NCBI RefSeq assembly: GCF_964355755.1
Contig: NC_092675.1
Location: 26,508,912 to 26,572,911 of the forward strand
From: Antedon mediterranea
Lineage: Eukaryota > Animalia > Echinodermata
Direction of reading: 5' to 3'
Length of the DNA: 64,000 nt
The notes under the pieces are model-generated. The model saw only the letters and a list, made by a program, of their open reading frames with translations, did not search any database and was not told the origin of the DNA. Shown here in pieces: positions 48,501 to 62,076 of the stretch (position 1 is its first letter; the number at the start of each line of letters is the position of its first letter). Made by a program: the position numbers and the translations under genes.

Positions 48501-49449
48501 TCTGTGTTTCATTTTACCATCACTCATTCCAATATTGTGGAATGAATCTTTATGGAACGCCTACTTCGTTGCAGCAATTCTACGTTATTGTGTAGCTTTG
48601 AATTGTACATGGATGGTTAACAGTGTCGCTCATTTCTGGGGAACAAGACCATACGATAAGTAAGTACCCCCTCTACGACCAGTCGAATTAAGATTATTAT
48701 CATGCCTTAAATGTATCGTTTTGCCCATGGCAGAACAAAGTCTACTCTCATTGAGGTAAAACCATGTACATAACAACACTATAGGTTGTACAGCGACCTA
48801 ACATATTTTTACATTTTATTATACACAACACACGTTCTTTACAAACCAGTGCCCATTTAGACACATAAACATAAGAATAGGCCAAATAATATTTGTGGCT
48901 CTGTAGGTTGGTGGTTTACATCCTGGCTTACCAGGGGTTTTGGTTCAAAACCGTTTTTCCCGATGACCGTACCCATACAGCGTCACTACCTAAGCTGAGC
49001 TGTTTGATTGGCGAAACATGACCTTGCTTGTTGTTGGATGGCGCTACAATTCGAAGAATGAAAATAATACAAAACATAATTTAGTTATCTGTATCATTTG
49101 TTTACGTCCATTCTAATAAACGATTATCAAAACACAAAACAAAACATTGTTAATATTAATTTGTTTAATACAGTATTTTCCTTTTTAACGTATGTTTTTT
49201 TTTCTTTTATCTAGATACATCAATCCGGCACAGAATCGTTTAGTAGCAACTCTTTCTATCGGAGAAGGTTGGCATAATTACCACCATACGTTTCCGAGTG
49301 ATTATAAAGCAGGCGAGTTTGGATGGAAAATCAATATGACTACGATTTTCATCGATACCATGTACATGTTAGGCCAGGCCTATGATTGCAATGAGACAAA
49401 ACAACAGCTTATCGACGCCCGTAAGCTACGTACAGGAGTCGCAAGTTAG
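42378..49449 (+). CDS. SCD: Acyl-CoA (stearoyl-CoA) delta-9 desaturase, paralog A; 5 coding exons, 316 aa
   Basis: Exons 42378-42573, 43203-43333, 47357-47562, 48477-48659, 49215-49449 (951 nt, one frame). His boxes [47 protein letters not shown]. Confidence 0.95.
42680..43040. mobile_element. MITE family B: outer copy with a second family-B copy (42776-42954) nested in opposite orientation
   Basis: TIR AGCTTGGTTCCCACTAG at 42680 and 42776; right ends at 42954 and 43040; TAA/TTA flanks. Confidence 0.9.
43203..43333 (+). CDS. SCD: SCD-A exon 2
   Basis: [44 protein letters not shown]|gtacgt; 131 nt. Confidence 0.94.
43465..45885 (-). mobile_element. 2.4-kb non-autonomous PIF/Harbinger element
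   Basis: 32-bp TIRs (29/32 match) AGGCCTGTGCACACCGAACGCGAAGCCGCGAA, TAA on both flanks, internal MADF-like pseudogene. Confidence 0.9.
44863..45606 (-). pseudogene. Decayed Myb/SANT-like (MADF) + BESS-like protein gene of the Harbinger element (2 exons)
   Basis: Exon 45410-45606: [52 protein letters not shown]|gtgagt; exon from about 45100: [32 protein letters not shown]. Contains stops and frameshifts. Confidence 0.75.
45889..46065. mobile_element. MITE family B copy inserted at the Harbinger right TSD
   Basis: Near-identical to 42776-42954. Confidence 0.92.
46909..47010. mobile_element. MITE family D, degenerate copy 4
   Basis: agctttgtctatactat...atatagacaaagct. Confidence 0.65.
47052..47101. 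mobile_element. 50-bp TIR-only mini-MITE
   Basis: TTA-AGGGTCTTTCACACCTGTTCCG tgcgcgc CGGAACAGGTGTGAAGACCCT-TTA; related longer remnant at about 19670-19795. Confidence 0.75.
47357..47562 (+). CDS. SCD: SCD-A exon 3
   Basis: [44 protein letters not shown]...; 206 nt. Confidence 0.94.
48477..48659 (+). CDS. SCD: SCD-A exon 4
   Basis: [14 protein letters not shown]...[26 protein letters not shown]|gtaagt; 183 nt. Confidence 0.94.
49215..49449 (+). CDS. SCD: SCD-A exon 5
   Basis: YINPAQN...[15 protein letters not shown]...RTGVAS-stop. Confidence 0.94.
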
Positions 49450-50606
49450 GCTGTATCTGACGTCTCCCAACTCTACGTAGGACCTAAAATGGTGTTTTTA
49501 GGTGACCCACCATTAACGGTGGAAGGAGGACTTATTGTGATTGTAGGGAATATTTATTAAATTTTGTTTGGATTTTGTTTTAAGGATAGGAATATAGAAA
49601 CTTTTTTTATTTTATAATTGTTGCATGTGTGCATACTGTAGTTTCTGACCTGTTAGTGTTAGTAACACCATCGACAAATAATTCTCCATGGTAACACTAC
49701 AGTATTATAATCAGTACTAGGCCTATATTTTATTTGGATATAGGAGGCCTAAGTATATCAAATGCCGTAAATGTTTAAAACGTATTTACATAAACCAATT
49801 CCTTATAACTAATATTATATAGATATTTTATAACGAAGTAGGTCTATACAAAGATATATACTTTTTACCGAGTATCACAAGTTCCCCACCCCACCCCCAA
49901 ACAAATTCCTACTGAGCTCTAATTGGATTAGTAGGAACAGTATATAACATAACAAAGAATAGACACACTAATTTATTAATATAATTTTGAGTCTTTTAAA
50001 TTTATGAATTGTTTATAAAGGAGGTTACGTACAATTAAGTTATGCAAGAATTGATTAAACTAATTAATGTACATTTCCATCGTTAGTTGCTGTCTTAGTA
50101 TGTTATTGTTAATGTACCTTCTATTCCAATAATGCACAATATGCCTAAATGCACAAACACTCGCAAACCGCAAGCGGACGGCACCAAGTAAACCGAGAAA
50201 TATAGGCCTAAATGGGCTTAACAATATTTGTTTTTTTGGAGAGAAAGACGAAGTGCATGCGCCATTATTTTTCTAATCTAATCACAATCGTCAGGCATTG
50301 AACTGTATTTTTTATCAACAGATTACCATTGTATTATCTTTGAATTGTTTGTAAAACTTTACTATCTAACATCTTCCTTATGTGAATGACCGGTGAGTGC
50401 TAAGAATAGAAACGGGTGTATAAATATAGAAAAATAACATAATTATATAGCAACTAAACCCAGTTTTGATAAGAGGCGTGGTGGATATGATATATTAAAT
50501 TAATACGGGTGTCATATGATGGCCACATATAAATAGCTTTCATTCTATTAAAAGTTCCAAAATAAACACCAAACATTGGTAATGCAAATAATAAGCCGAT
50601 TGTGGA

Positions 50607-50785
50607 TAAATACTGATAGGGTAGGCCTACTACTATAGACTAACTGGAGCGTTACCCAATATTCTAAATACGGATAGGGTAGGCCTACTACTATAGACTG
50701 ACTGCAGCGTTACCCAATATTCTAAATACTGATAGGGTAGGCCTACTTACTATAGACTGACTGCAGCGTTACACAATATTCTATT
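50607..50785. repeat. Tandem repeat, about 58-bp unit x3
   Basis: taaatactgatagggtaggcctactactatagactgactgcagcgttacccaatattc. Confidence 0.9.
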
Positions 50786-51684
50786 GAAAATCTCTCAAGT
50801 TTTTCAAGGACCAAACTAATGCTGCACGTTCACTGTACTTTTCTCAGAGGCATAACTGCTTATTTTCTCCATTAACCAGCTTTAAAAACAATTAGGTAGT
50901 TCAAGCCTTAGCGAGCGTAGAAAACAATTACATCTTAAATTAAACTTATTATAAATGTTTATCAGGTTTTTAGTACTAAATGAATGTTCTAAATTTCTTT
51001 TTAAGAAAAACAAATGGATTAAAAACTTAGTTGGTAAAAGTTACCTTAGCAGTTTTGTTCGTTACACGGACAGTTTCTTCAGAAGAATAACAGGCTGAAA
51101 ACTTTACTATCCGTTTTTTATCCAATTAGTTTGTCAAAAAGAAATTCTAAAATACCGACTTTTTTTTCTTTGTACAAAAATTTGTAAAATACATAAACCA
51201 TGAAATAAACGTCCTTCTTGTGTTTCACCATTCAATAATAGAATAATAAGAATGAGATTGATAGATTTGAATACGTACGTTGGCAAAGAAAGACATAGAG
51301 ATAAACTGTCCAAAGTCACTGAAAGATCGAGAGCTATTAATGCTACAGGTACAGGCATAAATTTCAGATGTAATATTTAGTTCAATATACATAAATAAAA
51401 TTGTGTATTAGAACTTTATACGACGAAAACAAAAATTGGCCATTTCTACTATAAAAGCTATTCAGAATAGAAAGTTACTGTAGATTGATTCCATTGTTAA
51501 TTTTTTTGGCAGATAATTTTGCAAAACATGCTTCAGTCCAGTGGATGTCATTATTTGAGAAGGGTAGTAGAAATAACCCAACTGGTACACCCATAGATAC
51601 ATCCTATACGGGAACATCCATTATTCGTGTACAATAAGAATACTATTAGCTAAATGTGCTTCAGTGTACTTTATACTAAAAGTT

Positions 51685-54493
51685 TATTCATACGTTTGGT
51701 ACTGATTTTAACCACCTAATGTAACCCTGTTTACTAATAAAGTAGAGTTAGATAATTATTAATATTGACGATTAAAACGAATTTAGGTTCAACGATTTAC
51801 TCCAAATAGAGGGGTTTTCCGACCGTAGCTGTTTAATGGATGTCGATGCTGAAAAATACCCATACACAATAATAAGGGGACGCTTCACATTTACCTATCA
51901 CCTTCTACAAAAATTGTTTTTAATAGCTGAAAATCGGTTGAACAGCTCGAGTACAACATCATAATATTGAAGACAAACCAATTTTAAAATTATAAACAAA
52001 TTAAATTTTAACCGATTTAATATACGTTTATACAAACGTATTGCTTGGCGATGAATGTAACATTTCAAATATCATAGTCTCTCAGTCACCATAATTATTT
52101 GGTATGACACAAGTAGGTACTTGGAGGATAAAACTTAAAATCTTTAGGTCGAGATTTCAATACTGTAGTTGCAATAGTAAGTTATAAGACAAGAATTATG
52201 TTAAGAAATGAATATGCTACAATATGAATTGTGTTAAGAAATGAATATGCTAGAATATGAATGGTGTTAAGAAATGAATATGCTACAATAAAAAAAAAAA
52301 GCTATGTAAAATTAGTATAAGGTTAGAATGTTCATAATTTTGTCTGTAATTATTAGCAATGTAATTGTTTATGTGTAATGTGTTTTAGTGCATAAATGCA
52401 TAGGTATAGTGTTTAATCAGGAACGTATCGCAATTTATGTCAGGCTGCTCTACATCATATCAGAGATGAGCAAAATAAATATATAATGTCTTAAAAAAAA
52501 AGAAGTTATAAGTAGTGTATAACAAATACATACCGGTACAGTATTAACAATATTTGGTCGCCATTTGAAGTAAATTTACTACTGTGAGTATGGGTACTGT
52601 TAGATACATAAACACATATGCAAACACACTTTGTATTACTGACAGTTGCTTCTCAACGTTTGTATTAATCAATAATTATTTTAAACTAGATGGTACGCTC
52701 GCTTCGCTCGCGTACCATCTAGGTCGTGCCCACAGATGGTTCTCGAATACATAGTAATTTCAGCGTTAAAAAAAACTGGCGACTTCAAATGTACATGCAG
52801 GACAATAATACATGTCGTTTACAGAAACGAATAAATAAACACGGTGATTTATGTACTCAACTAAAATTAGCACCCCGGGAATTACTTCCGAAATAGAAAC
52901 TTGTCACAAAATAAGAAACAAACTGAATTTGTGTTTTGTATGTAACATTAGGGTTGAGGGATGGGGAAGAGGATGTGTGCAAAGACGAACAATTTTTATA
53001 TATTCTTTATCGATTTAGTAACGAAATATGAATTGTTTTCATGTTTTACAAATAATATACCACTAAACACAGTAAAACATTGCGATTTAATACTTTGTTG
53101 AAACTGTCACCGTCATAGTCGATTGAAATAGTACAGTAGGCCTACATGTAACGATACATCACTAATACGACGTTTATATATTTTTGTAGTTATATTATTA
53201 GTTAATACAAACGTTCAGAAGGAACTGTCAGTAATAAAGTAAACACCTCTATTCGGGGAAAATCGTAAATTCGCTTTAATCGTCAATAAATAATTATCTA
53301 ACTCAACTTAATTAGTAGGCCTAATGGTCAATTGTTTCTTAGAGCCAATTCATACTTAAGTTGTTTCCTAACCACCAAAGTTGTTCTGCGTTTAGGGCAT
53401 GTGATCCTTCGTACTGTAGGCCTGTCCTCTACTGGCTTTACAACGCTACTCATGCCAGTGAGGGGGAGGGTGGTGGTGTTGGTGGTGGTTTAACTGCAAT
53501 AATAAAGTTGATTGTACATAATAGACGGCGACTGGAAAGGCTAGCTCATTATGCGTTAAAAAAAAGATTCCACAGATTGGAAAAAAATGGATCGAATTTC
53601 TGTTATGACTGTACTTGTCTTTACGACGACTGAGGGAATAGACATTTGTGGAACAGAGATTGGAATGTTCCATTTATCGCAGATCAAAACATTTGTATAA
53701 ACGTATATTAAATCTATCAAAATAGTATTTTTTAAAGAAAATCGGCCTGTCTTCAACATTATGATGCTGTACTCGAGCTGTTCAACTAGTTTTCAGCTAT
53801 TAAATCAATTATCGTAGGAGGAGATAGGAAAATGCGAAGCATCCTCACATTATTGTCTGCGGTTATTTTTCAAGTTGGACATCCATTGGACAGTGTATAC
53901 CACGACCACGAAACACCCCTATTTGGGGCAAATCGTTGAACCTAAATTCGTTTTAAATGTCAATAACTAATTATCCAACTCAATTTAATTAGTAAACATG
54001 GTTACATCAGATGGTTAAAATCAGTACCGAAAGTACGAACCAACTTTATATACCATCGAGTAAAAATTCTAGAAATAAACCGCGATTTATCGAATTTTGC
54101 CCTTACGTAAATTTATATATAGAAAAAAAGTTAAACGTCGTAGTGGGAGCGTTACATGTTAATTTACTATTTTAATCGACTATGATAGTGGCAGTTTCAA
54201 TATAAAGTATTAAATCGCAAATTTTGAATATAAAAAAAGAGTGGAAAAAGAATATATTTACAAATTGTTCCTCTCACTTCCCCTTCCTTCAACCCTATGT
54301 TACATACAAAACACAAATTGGACTCAAACTCATTTTCTGACAAGTTTCTCTTTCGAAAGTAATTACCAGGGTGTAATTAAAGTTGACTTCATGTGAACGG
54401 CAGTATAGTCCTGCGGTACCCAACTAAGCATTGCGTACATTTTGAAAATTGACATTTTTTTACGCTGAAATTATGTATTCGAGAACCATCTAG
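51685..54493. mobile_element. Cluster of Helitron-like non-autonomous copies in both orientations
   Basis: 51690-52040 is an inverted diverged copy of 53700-54045; 52734-53160 is an inverted copy of 54130-54493; minus-strand 3' end ctagatggtacgcgagcgaagcgagcgtaccatCTAG|T at 52686; plus copy ends ccatCTAG|T at 54493. Confidence 0.7.
52197..52292. repeat. Tandem repeat, 33-bp unit x3
   Basis: tgttaagaaatgaatatgctacaatatgaat. Confidence 0.85.
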
Positions 54494-55021
54494 TAACAAT
54501 AAGTAAACTAATTATGAATATGAAATATCACCAGTGACTGAATCAATGTGGAAGGTTTGACATTCAAGAATATCTTCACAAGGTCAACACACTCACACCA
54601 CTGACCAAACAATGATACCGATGGTTAGATAACATAATATAATAATGAGGAATTTCTGATAACGTGATATGACCACACCACCACCTTATATGAGGTTGCA
54701 ACAGAATAGAGAGAAAAAGTAATACTCATAATCTAAATATAGACTGTACTCATCTCACTACGAACAAATCACAATCTACTTCCTATTTACCGCACAATAT
54801 AACAACTTTACAAAAGATGTTTTCAAATGTTTCTTCTCTTCCGTGGAAACTTTAAAACTAACTACACATGCTCATTAATGAAGTCTCGTCTCAAATTTTG
54901 AAACAGAACATATTGTCATCTATTTTTATCTTTGTTTCCCACGTAAAATTGTGTCCATAATTGGGTGCGAAACATTATCAAACATTTTACACAGAAAGTT
55001 TTTTGTTTTTCAAACATGAGT

Positions 55022-55364
55022 TAGTCATATGGCCGAGCGGTTAAGGCAGGGGCGCCGTTTACCGTACCTAAAGAGCCAACAACAACATTGGCAAGGGTTC
55101 GAGGCTGACTCGCTCCTAGTTCTGGTGGTAGAACAAGTCTTCTCGGACTATAAACCGTAGGTCCAGTGTACACAGTTATAACCTGTGTGCACTAAAGAAC
55201 CCAGTTCATTATTCGAAAAAGAGTAGGGGATTACCCCGGTGAACTGGTTCACACAATAGCCCCTGTATCAGGGGGATTACCACCTATCTGATAGGACAGT
55301 GATTAATTCACTATTGGTAGTCCTTGGCCACATTGCCTAAAGACATAAAATAAAAATAAATAAA
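55022..55364 (+). mobile_element. Full-length tRNA-derived SINE with Deu/Nin-like core
   Basis: A-box tggccgagcgg, B-box gggttcgagg, core taaaccgtaggtcc...taaagaaccc...aagagtaggggattaccccggtg, (TAAAA)n tail. Confidence 0.8.
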
Positions 55365-58316
55365 CTTATTACAATTTACACAAATTACTAGGCCTACTTA
55401 AATAATCTTCAGTTATTAACATGATGAATGGATAAAATGTGGGGCTTAGAAACCCGTTTTACAAATATTGATTCGACCAGTAAATGGTACGTTAAAAATA
55501 GTTCAGATAAAAATAGAAAGATGGTTATATTATCGCTTACAGACAACTTTGTCCAAGGGTATATCAACGTTTTATGTTTACTGTTGATACACTAACATTT
55601 TTAAAGATTATGTGACCGATACATGTAAGGATCTTTATTTACATTAGTCGCATAGGCCTATTACCTATGCCTAATAATCAATCAAACTAAAGATAGGCTC
55701 ATTCTGAATTATTTGAATAAACAAATTGATAAAGTAGAGGTTAACATAAGGACAAGTTACTTTGTTCGTTCAATTTTATTTAAAGATGTATAATTATATA
55801 GGCATATGTCCCCCAAAACATGAACAATGTAGATAAATTAAATTAATTAAAACTTCGAATTGATTATTTTATAGTTTTAATAAAGTTAATCCATAATTCC
55901 TGTAAAAAATGTTCACTTATAAAATGACAAAATAAATAGAACAGAAGTAACTGAAAACCTTTATTTTCCAGAAATGGAGCCAAATAGCACAAGTTCCAGT
56001 AGCTGTGCATTTAAAGCAGTATTATAGTGTCTGAAAGTGTATGCACTTGCAGAACTAACTGAGCATGCGTGACTGAGAATTAAACTTATTTATAATATAG
56101 GTATTTTTGGAAATGTTTCACTGCTGCCAATTTAGTTGATAATATTCGAAGATAATGACAAAACAATATATGTCTAAAAACACTGTAAGGTAGCTATGTG
56201 GAGACGACACGAAGGAGCTGAGTAATTTTCGATAGATTGTTAAAAACCATGGAAATGAATCCCATTTGAAATATCTGGATAGAAAGTAGGAAAGCACCCA
56301 AGTCTGTATTTATTGTCTTTTTTTATGTTAGTCTACCTGACGACGTTTCGATTTTTGCCTGAGTTTACAAGCTCAAGCAGTATACGTTATGAAAAGCCAT
56401 ATGTACCAAAATATGTATCTTTTTGCTAATATTAGCCTAAGTCAAAACTCCTCTGGAACCCAGACTAGTATTGGTGTGGCTCTGCTGAGTATAAGTTCAA
56501 GTGCACTACCGGTGACTCCAAAATCTTTTCCAAGAACACGGAATAGAAATCAAAAAGAAACAACCATCAATGAGTAAAATGTAAATGAAAATTATTCAGA
56601 GTTGTAAAATGAATAAAGAAAGAATAAATATGGGACATATACTCACTAAAGGAAAAAGAAATCCATGTGATACTACCATGAACCGGGGAAAGTTTGAAGG
56701 TTGACTCTGAAGATATACAGCAGTGCATTCAAACAAACTTATCAATCCTTAAACATCACCAAACTTTATGAAGCTGTGTTTGTGTTATTTGCATTAAGAA
56801 AACATTTTTACAACAATTTTTGTTTTATTAGTTTATCTGTTCAGCAATTTATCAGTTCCATAGTTTTCAGGTTCAATAGCCGTCTATTTCAAATATAGGA
56901 TATAAATGAGAATAAGTAAATAGATATTAATAATATTTATACCATAAGGGTAAAAATTCGTTTATTATTATGATAGAACTAAATTCAGTTTTATTGAATT
57001 TCACAATTGGTATAAATACATTTAGTGACGTTTCGTTAACATCATACTGTCAACTTCTTCAAACTACTGGAATAATCTGTACAGTCTTGGAGAAGCTTTT
57101 TGGTTTAATACTAATAATTTTCCAGTTAAATTCAGTTTATATGGTATGAGCTAGAGTCGTGTAGAGGATGCCGCCTCCCGCTCTGGATCGGACACTGTTT
57201 GTATTTGGATTTACAAGTTACTTTGTTCTGACTATTAAGCAAATCAACAATGATTTTGATATTTTATCCATGAAGTATGCTATTATAAAAATTAGTAAAT
57301 CATTATTAATTTGAACTTTCTATCAACGTTTATTCGAATTTTTATTTTGTTTTCCCATAGTGTCAAAAAGACAAACTTTCCGATCTAGTACCGGTACGCT
57401 TTATCAACATTGGAAGTTTCCTCTTATTACTAATATCTAGCGTATTTGCATTTATGTGTTAGGTCTATTTACAACGATAATTATAATTGTTCAACAATCC
57501 CAGTAGTCTCTGATGAAACGGTAAAAGAAATCGCACAAGTGGAAAATTACGTTATTAAGGTCAATACACAGAGACGAGCGGAACAGCGCATAGACTTCAC
57601 ATAAAATGGGTTTGCGCTCAACCACCCATCCGCTCCGCGTTTTATGTAAATGGTCGTAGGAAAATATATATTTTATATTTTTGTTTTCCGCTTACCATTA
57701 CACGCTCGTCTGTGTAAATTGACAATCGCACGTCTAATCAATAGGCCAACATTGCGGTTTACATTGAGTACATTAATAGGCCCATACCCTTTAAAAGCTA
57801 AGGTCAATATTGAATTTCCACATAGTGCCTTAATGTATGTTTCGATGTACGATGAGACAAACTAATCAGTGTCCGTGAAAAGAATTAATATTGAGGAAAG
57901 AAGCAAACTTTAACACAGTAAGTATATTTAAACGTGATCACACTGAGATTGCAGAGTAAAAGATCATTTTGCATTACTCGGAAAATTCTTACTTTGCGAA
58001 ATTCTATTTTGCCAAGTAAAAATGTTGCCAAGTAATAAGAATGTTGCCAAGTAATAAGAATTAAGTTTTATTAAATTAAAGTACAAATCACAACAACTGT
58101 CAGAACTACAGAGACCCACACCAGAGCGTTAATTCCGGTGTTTTATTTTTGGTGTGACTTCAAAACACAATTGTTGAACTACTGATATCTTTATTGTAGA
58201 ATCCAATAAATAGTAGGCGATAGTTGGGATTTTTTCCGTAATGTAGGCATATAAGTCTGTGTTAGTAAGAAATTAGATGGTTTTTTTTTCAGGCTACCTA
58301 TTCTTCAGAATACAGA

Positions 58317-58542
58317 ATGGCTCCCCACCCAAACGAACACGTTTTGAATCCAAAAATCGTAGGCCTACAAGAGGAAATTCAGTCATTGGAAGATCAACAG
58401 AGCCAAATCGACGAAGAGATAAAACCTCGCACCTACAAAGTAGTTCTTCCTAACGTGATAGGCATGTCATTATTTCATGCCGGGGCAGTATATGCTCTAT
58501 TGTTTGTGGTTTGGAAATGCCACCTGATGACGATACTCTGGG
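58317..58542 (+). CDS. SCD: SCD-B exon 1
   Basis: MAPHPN...VVLPNVIGMSLFHAGAVY...TILW|gtaagt; acceptor at 58292, candidate UTR donor at 57918. Confidence 0.92.
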
Positions 58543-60812
58543 GTAAGTAAGAACTTTTTTTTTATAGATTTCAACTCGGCTAGACTCCAGCTCCACGAAT
58601 GAGATAAGAGGGTTCAGACAAGAAGCGATGCCAGAAACCAACTTAAACAGAAACAGATAAGATTTTAAAGCCTTAGTAGAGATTATTGCTTATGTTTCTT
58701 GAATTTTAAAATTCAGATTGATTCAAAATTTCTACCGATTATTTAAAAGTGCAAACATAGTTACTGAATGACCACATCTGAGTTTGTGAGAAATGAAAAA
58801 CACTATACTATACAAGCATGTTTGCTCTCACTAAATTTACAAATTTTTCTTTAAAGTGGAAAGATGTTATAAATTATAAAGATGACAACCAAATAATTAT
58901 GTTAATATCGTAATCTTCTTAGAAAACACGAAAACAAAAACAAAACAAAACAGAAGACAGAAAAAGTCGCAAAAGGTTTACAAATTACAAAGTATAACCA
59001 CAAACATCATTGAATAGAAAATTGTTTAAATGGATAATTGTTTTCATTCTCAGCTTCATTTGTATATTTTTGGAGTGAGACTGGTATAACAGCAGGATCA
59101 CACAGACTGTGGGCACATCGCAGTTACAAGGCTAAGTGGCCTCTTCGCCTCTTATTGGCTGTACTTACGCTCACGGCACATCAGGTAGGCTATGTCAAAA
59201 ATGTTCCCTTTCACACATCGCCTAGAAACCCCCGGTGTGACGACTCACCGCCGTTTTGCTAGGCGATGTGCAAGGGGTATTTGTGTACCTAATTTTACTT
59301 TAGTTGTACTATTTTAGCAACACTCGTCGATAATTGACCTATAAAATGTCTTTTTTTATGGTTACTTCAATTTTGTATAGAGATTGACATAATTTCACTG
59401 ATTATTTATTGTAGTAAGTGATTTTACAAAAATACATTTTAATCATAGTTTACTCTTAAATTTCTAGAATAGCGTGTTTGAATGGTCACGTGATCATCGG
59501 GTTCATCACAAATTTTCTGAGACGGATTCTGATCCTCACAACGCAAAGCGTGGATTTTTCTTCTCTCACGTCGGTTGGCTTCTGGTGAAAAAACACCCGG
59601 ATGTGATCAAGGACGGTCAGAAAATTGATCTCTCAGATTTAAAAAGCGATCCTATCGTACAATACCAACACAAGTAAGAGTTGTTTTTTTAAAATAATTA
59701 TCGTTACCGAAATTGTAAATTACATGGAAATTCAATTCAATAAACTTTATTGTCAAACTCCTGAATGGCTTAAAACTTTGGCTGAAAGTCGAAATCGATG
59801 GAAAGTAGTATTTAGGGATAGTAATGCAAACGATTGAAACAGCTGTTAATCTGAAAACATCATGTGATATTTCAATATCCAATGATAAACCTTATTATTA
59901 CCTCATTATTATATATCAAATTACAACCTTTTAGAACTTATATTGGTCTAACACATTGTGAAGTATTCTATCCCTGAAGTTTTCCAATGTTTTATCCTGA
60001 AATTGTAGGCAAACACATAATTTGTTTTGTAGGACATCAATCATGCGTATTAGAACTGCCTTTCCATAGATACTAAACATTATAGTGGACACATTTAGAG
60101 TTCAATTTTTTTCCTTCTTATGGTTTTTACAATTTATTTTTACAATTAAAATTATTTGTATTTCAGATATTACACGATATTGATGCCACTGTTTTGTTTC
60201 ATCATACCAAGTATAACTCCAACATTATGGGGAGAATATCTGTGGAATGGGTTGTTTGTTTGTGGTATTTTGCGTTACGTTGTCTCATTAAATTTTACGT
60301 GGCTTGTAAACAGCGCTGCCCACTTGTGGGGCAATAAACCATATGATAAGTAAGTATTTCATTTTATATTAAAATTTACTGACTGAAATATCCACTGCTT
60401 CCATCGAATGACTATCAAAGATGGGAGGCTATAAGGGCATTCAAAAGGGCAGCACTTCGATTCTGGACGCGTATAGTAGAACAGTAATATGGTGCGGGTC
60501 ACATAATTCTCAAAATGTTCACTATTGACAATTATATTTTGTTTTTCTAGGTACATAAACCCGGCTGAGAACATCTTTGTAGCAGGAGTAACATTCGGCG
60601 AAGGCTGGCACAACTACCATCACACATTTCCCCAAGACTACCGCGCTGGAGAACTCGGCTGGCGCGTAAACCCCACTTCAATGTTTATCGATTTCATGGC
60701 TAAAATTGGCCTAGCTTACGATTTAAAAACAGTAAGCCCCGCAGTAATAGAGGCGAGAATACAGAGGACTGGCGATGTAGGTTTACGAAAATGTATGAAT
60801 AAACAGGATTGA
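58317..60812 (+). CDS. SCD: Acyl-CoA desaturase (SCD family), paralog B; 5 coding exons, 335 aa
   Basis: Exons 58317-58542, 59054-59184, 59468-59673, 60167-60349, 60551-60812 (1008 nt, one frame); same intron positions as paralog A; all His boxes intact. Confidence 0.95.
59054..59184 (+). CDS. SCD: SCD-B exon 2
   Basis: [44 protein letters not shown]|gtaggc; 131 nt. Confidence 0.94.
59468..59673 (+). CDS. SCD: SCD-B exon 3
   Basis: [44 protein letters not shown]...; 206 nt. Confidence 0.94.
60167..60349 (+). CDS. SCD: SCD-B exon 4
   Basis: YYTILMPLFCF...LNFTWLVNSAAHLWGNKPYD|gtaagt; 183 nt. Confidence 0.94.
60551..60812 (+). CDS. SCD: SCD-B exon 5
   Basis: YINPAEN...[15 protein letters not shown]...RTGDVGLRKCMNKQD-stop. 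Confidence 0.94.
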
Positions 60813-61929
60813 ACAATAGGTCTAAACTTGGCATGCAATGTGATGGAGAAAATTAGGGGAATGTGGACAACGCAATAGGCCTATACTGTACAATTAATTT
60901 ATTAAAGATGCATGATTAAAAACAAATGTTAATAAGATAAATATACATATTAATGGATCAATGGATTTAATTGTTTTTTAATGTTTTTTTTATAAGAAAT
61001 TGTTAATTAAAAAGTATGTTAAAGTAAAGCTATAATGTAAACACATTTAAAAACACAATGGGAAAGTCAGAATATATAATGTGATGTACACAGAAATGTA
61101 CTGTACATTATATATATGGAAATAAAAGTGGAATGAACACACGTAAGACAAAACAAAACACGTTTTAATCATCATGTATTATTGATGTAGGCCTAAGTGA
61201 TGAGATCTGTTTAAGAATGCCTAATTTTTAAAAGTTATTCATATTCATTCATTATTACAGTGCATTATTTAAATGTGATATGGAATTATTTAATTAATGA
61301 TAATGTATATATCGATAGTACAGGCGATGGTTTAAAATATACCGAAACATATCTACCAATACAACTTTATTTACTTTTTAAATATGTTGTTTCTTTGTGA
61401 ATTTGCGTCCTTTTGGTTCAGTTATTAAATTTTTTAGTTTAAGTAATGTAACGTTATGTTTACTACGGAGGTTGGAGAAAACTTTGTTTACGTTGTTTAA
61501 AAGCTGAATTGTATTAGTAAGACATAAAAAAAGTATTATCTAATCACCAAAAGGATTATTACGGAAATATTATTATATTTTATTCCTTCTTTCACTGTAT
61601 ATATATATTACGATTAGTAGAAGGTGGTTTAAGTTTAATCAGAAATTAAATACACTGAAGACATAATCATTATCGATAAACAATTGTTCGATCTTTCCTT
61701 TTACCTTATTACATTGATAGCGAACAGCTGTTTAGTATACGATTGTCTGTTTATGATAAGAGGAGAATAACTGTTTGAAAGCTCTATTACTACTTTAATC
61801 TATGACTCAAGTTTAGCAAGCTGAATTTTTGTTTATTGTATTCTCTTTTGTGTGTAAAATGTGTAATAAATGGATCATTATGTATAGAATCAAGTTTAGT
61901 GTTTGAAGCGAATTATTACTAGTTGTGAT

Positions 61930-62076
61930 TTTTTCAAAAAAGAATTCGTTTTTATTTCTGCAAAATAAACAAGGCCATATACAAATTTGAGTTAGTGTTT
62001 ACTAACCGACCGACCGACAGACCGACCAAACGCCTGACATAGTGAACTGTAGAGTAGTGTTTGCACGCGACTAAAA
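61930..62076 (+). mobile_element. Helentron/DINE-like non-autonomous element end
   Basis: (GACC/GACA)n microsatellite followed by catagtgaactgtagagtagtgtttgcacgcgactaaaa. Confidence 0.5.

Noticed and set aside
55022-55110. Possible tRNA gene (also 7203-7265 and 3820-3905)
   Set aside because: A/B boxes are present but there is no acceptor stem or cloverleaf, and the sequence continues into SINE body.
58359-58366. TAGGCCTA inside SCD-B exon 1 as an in-frame +6 footprint
   Set aside because: The N-terminus cannot be aligned well enough to show an insertion; could be chance codons (IVGLQ).
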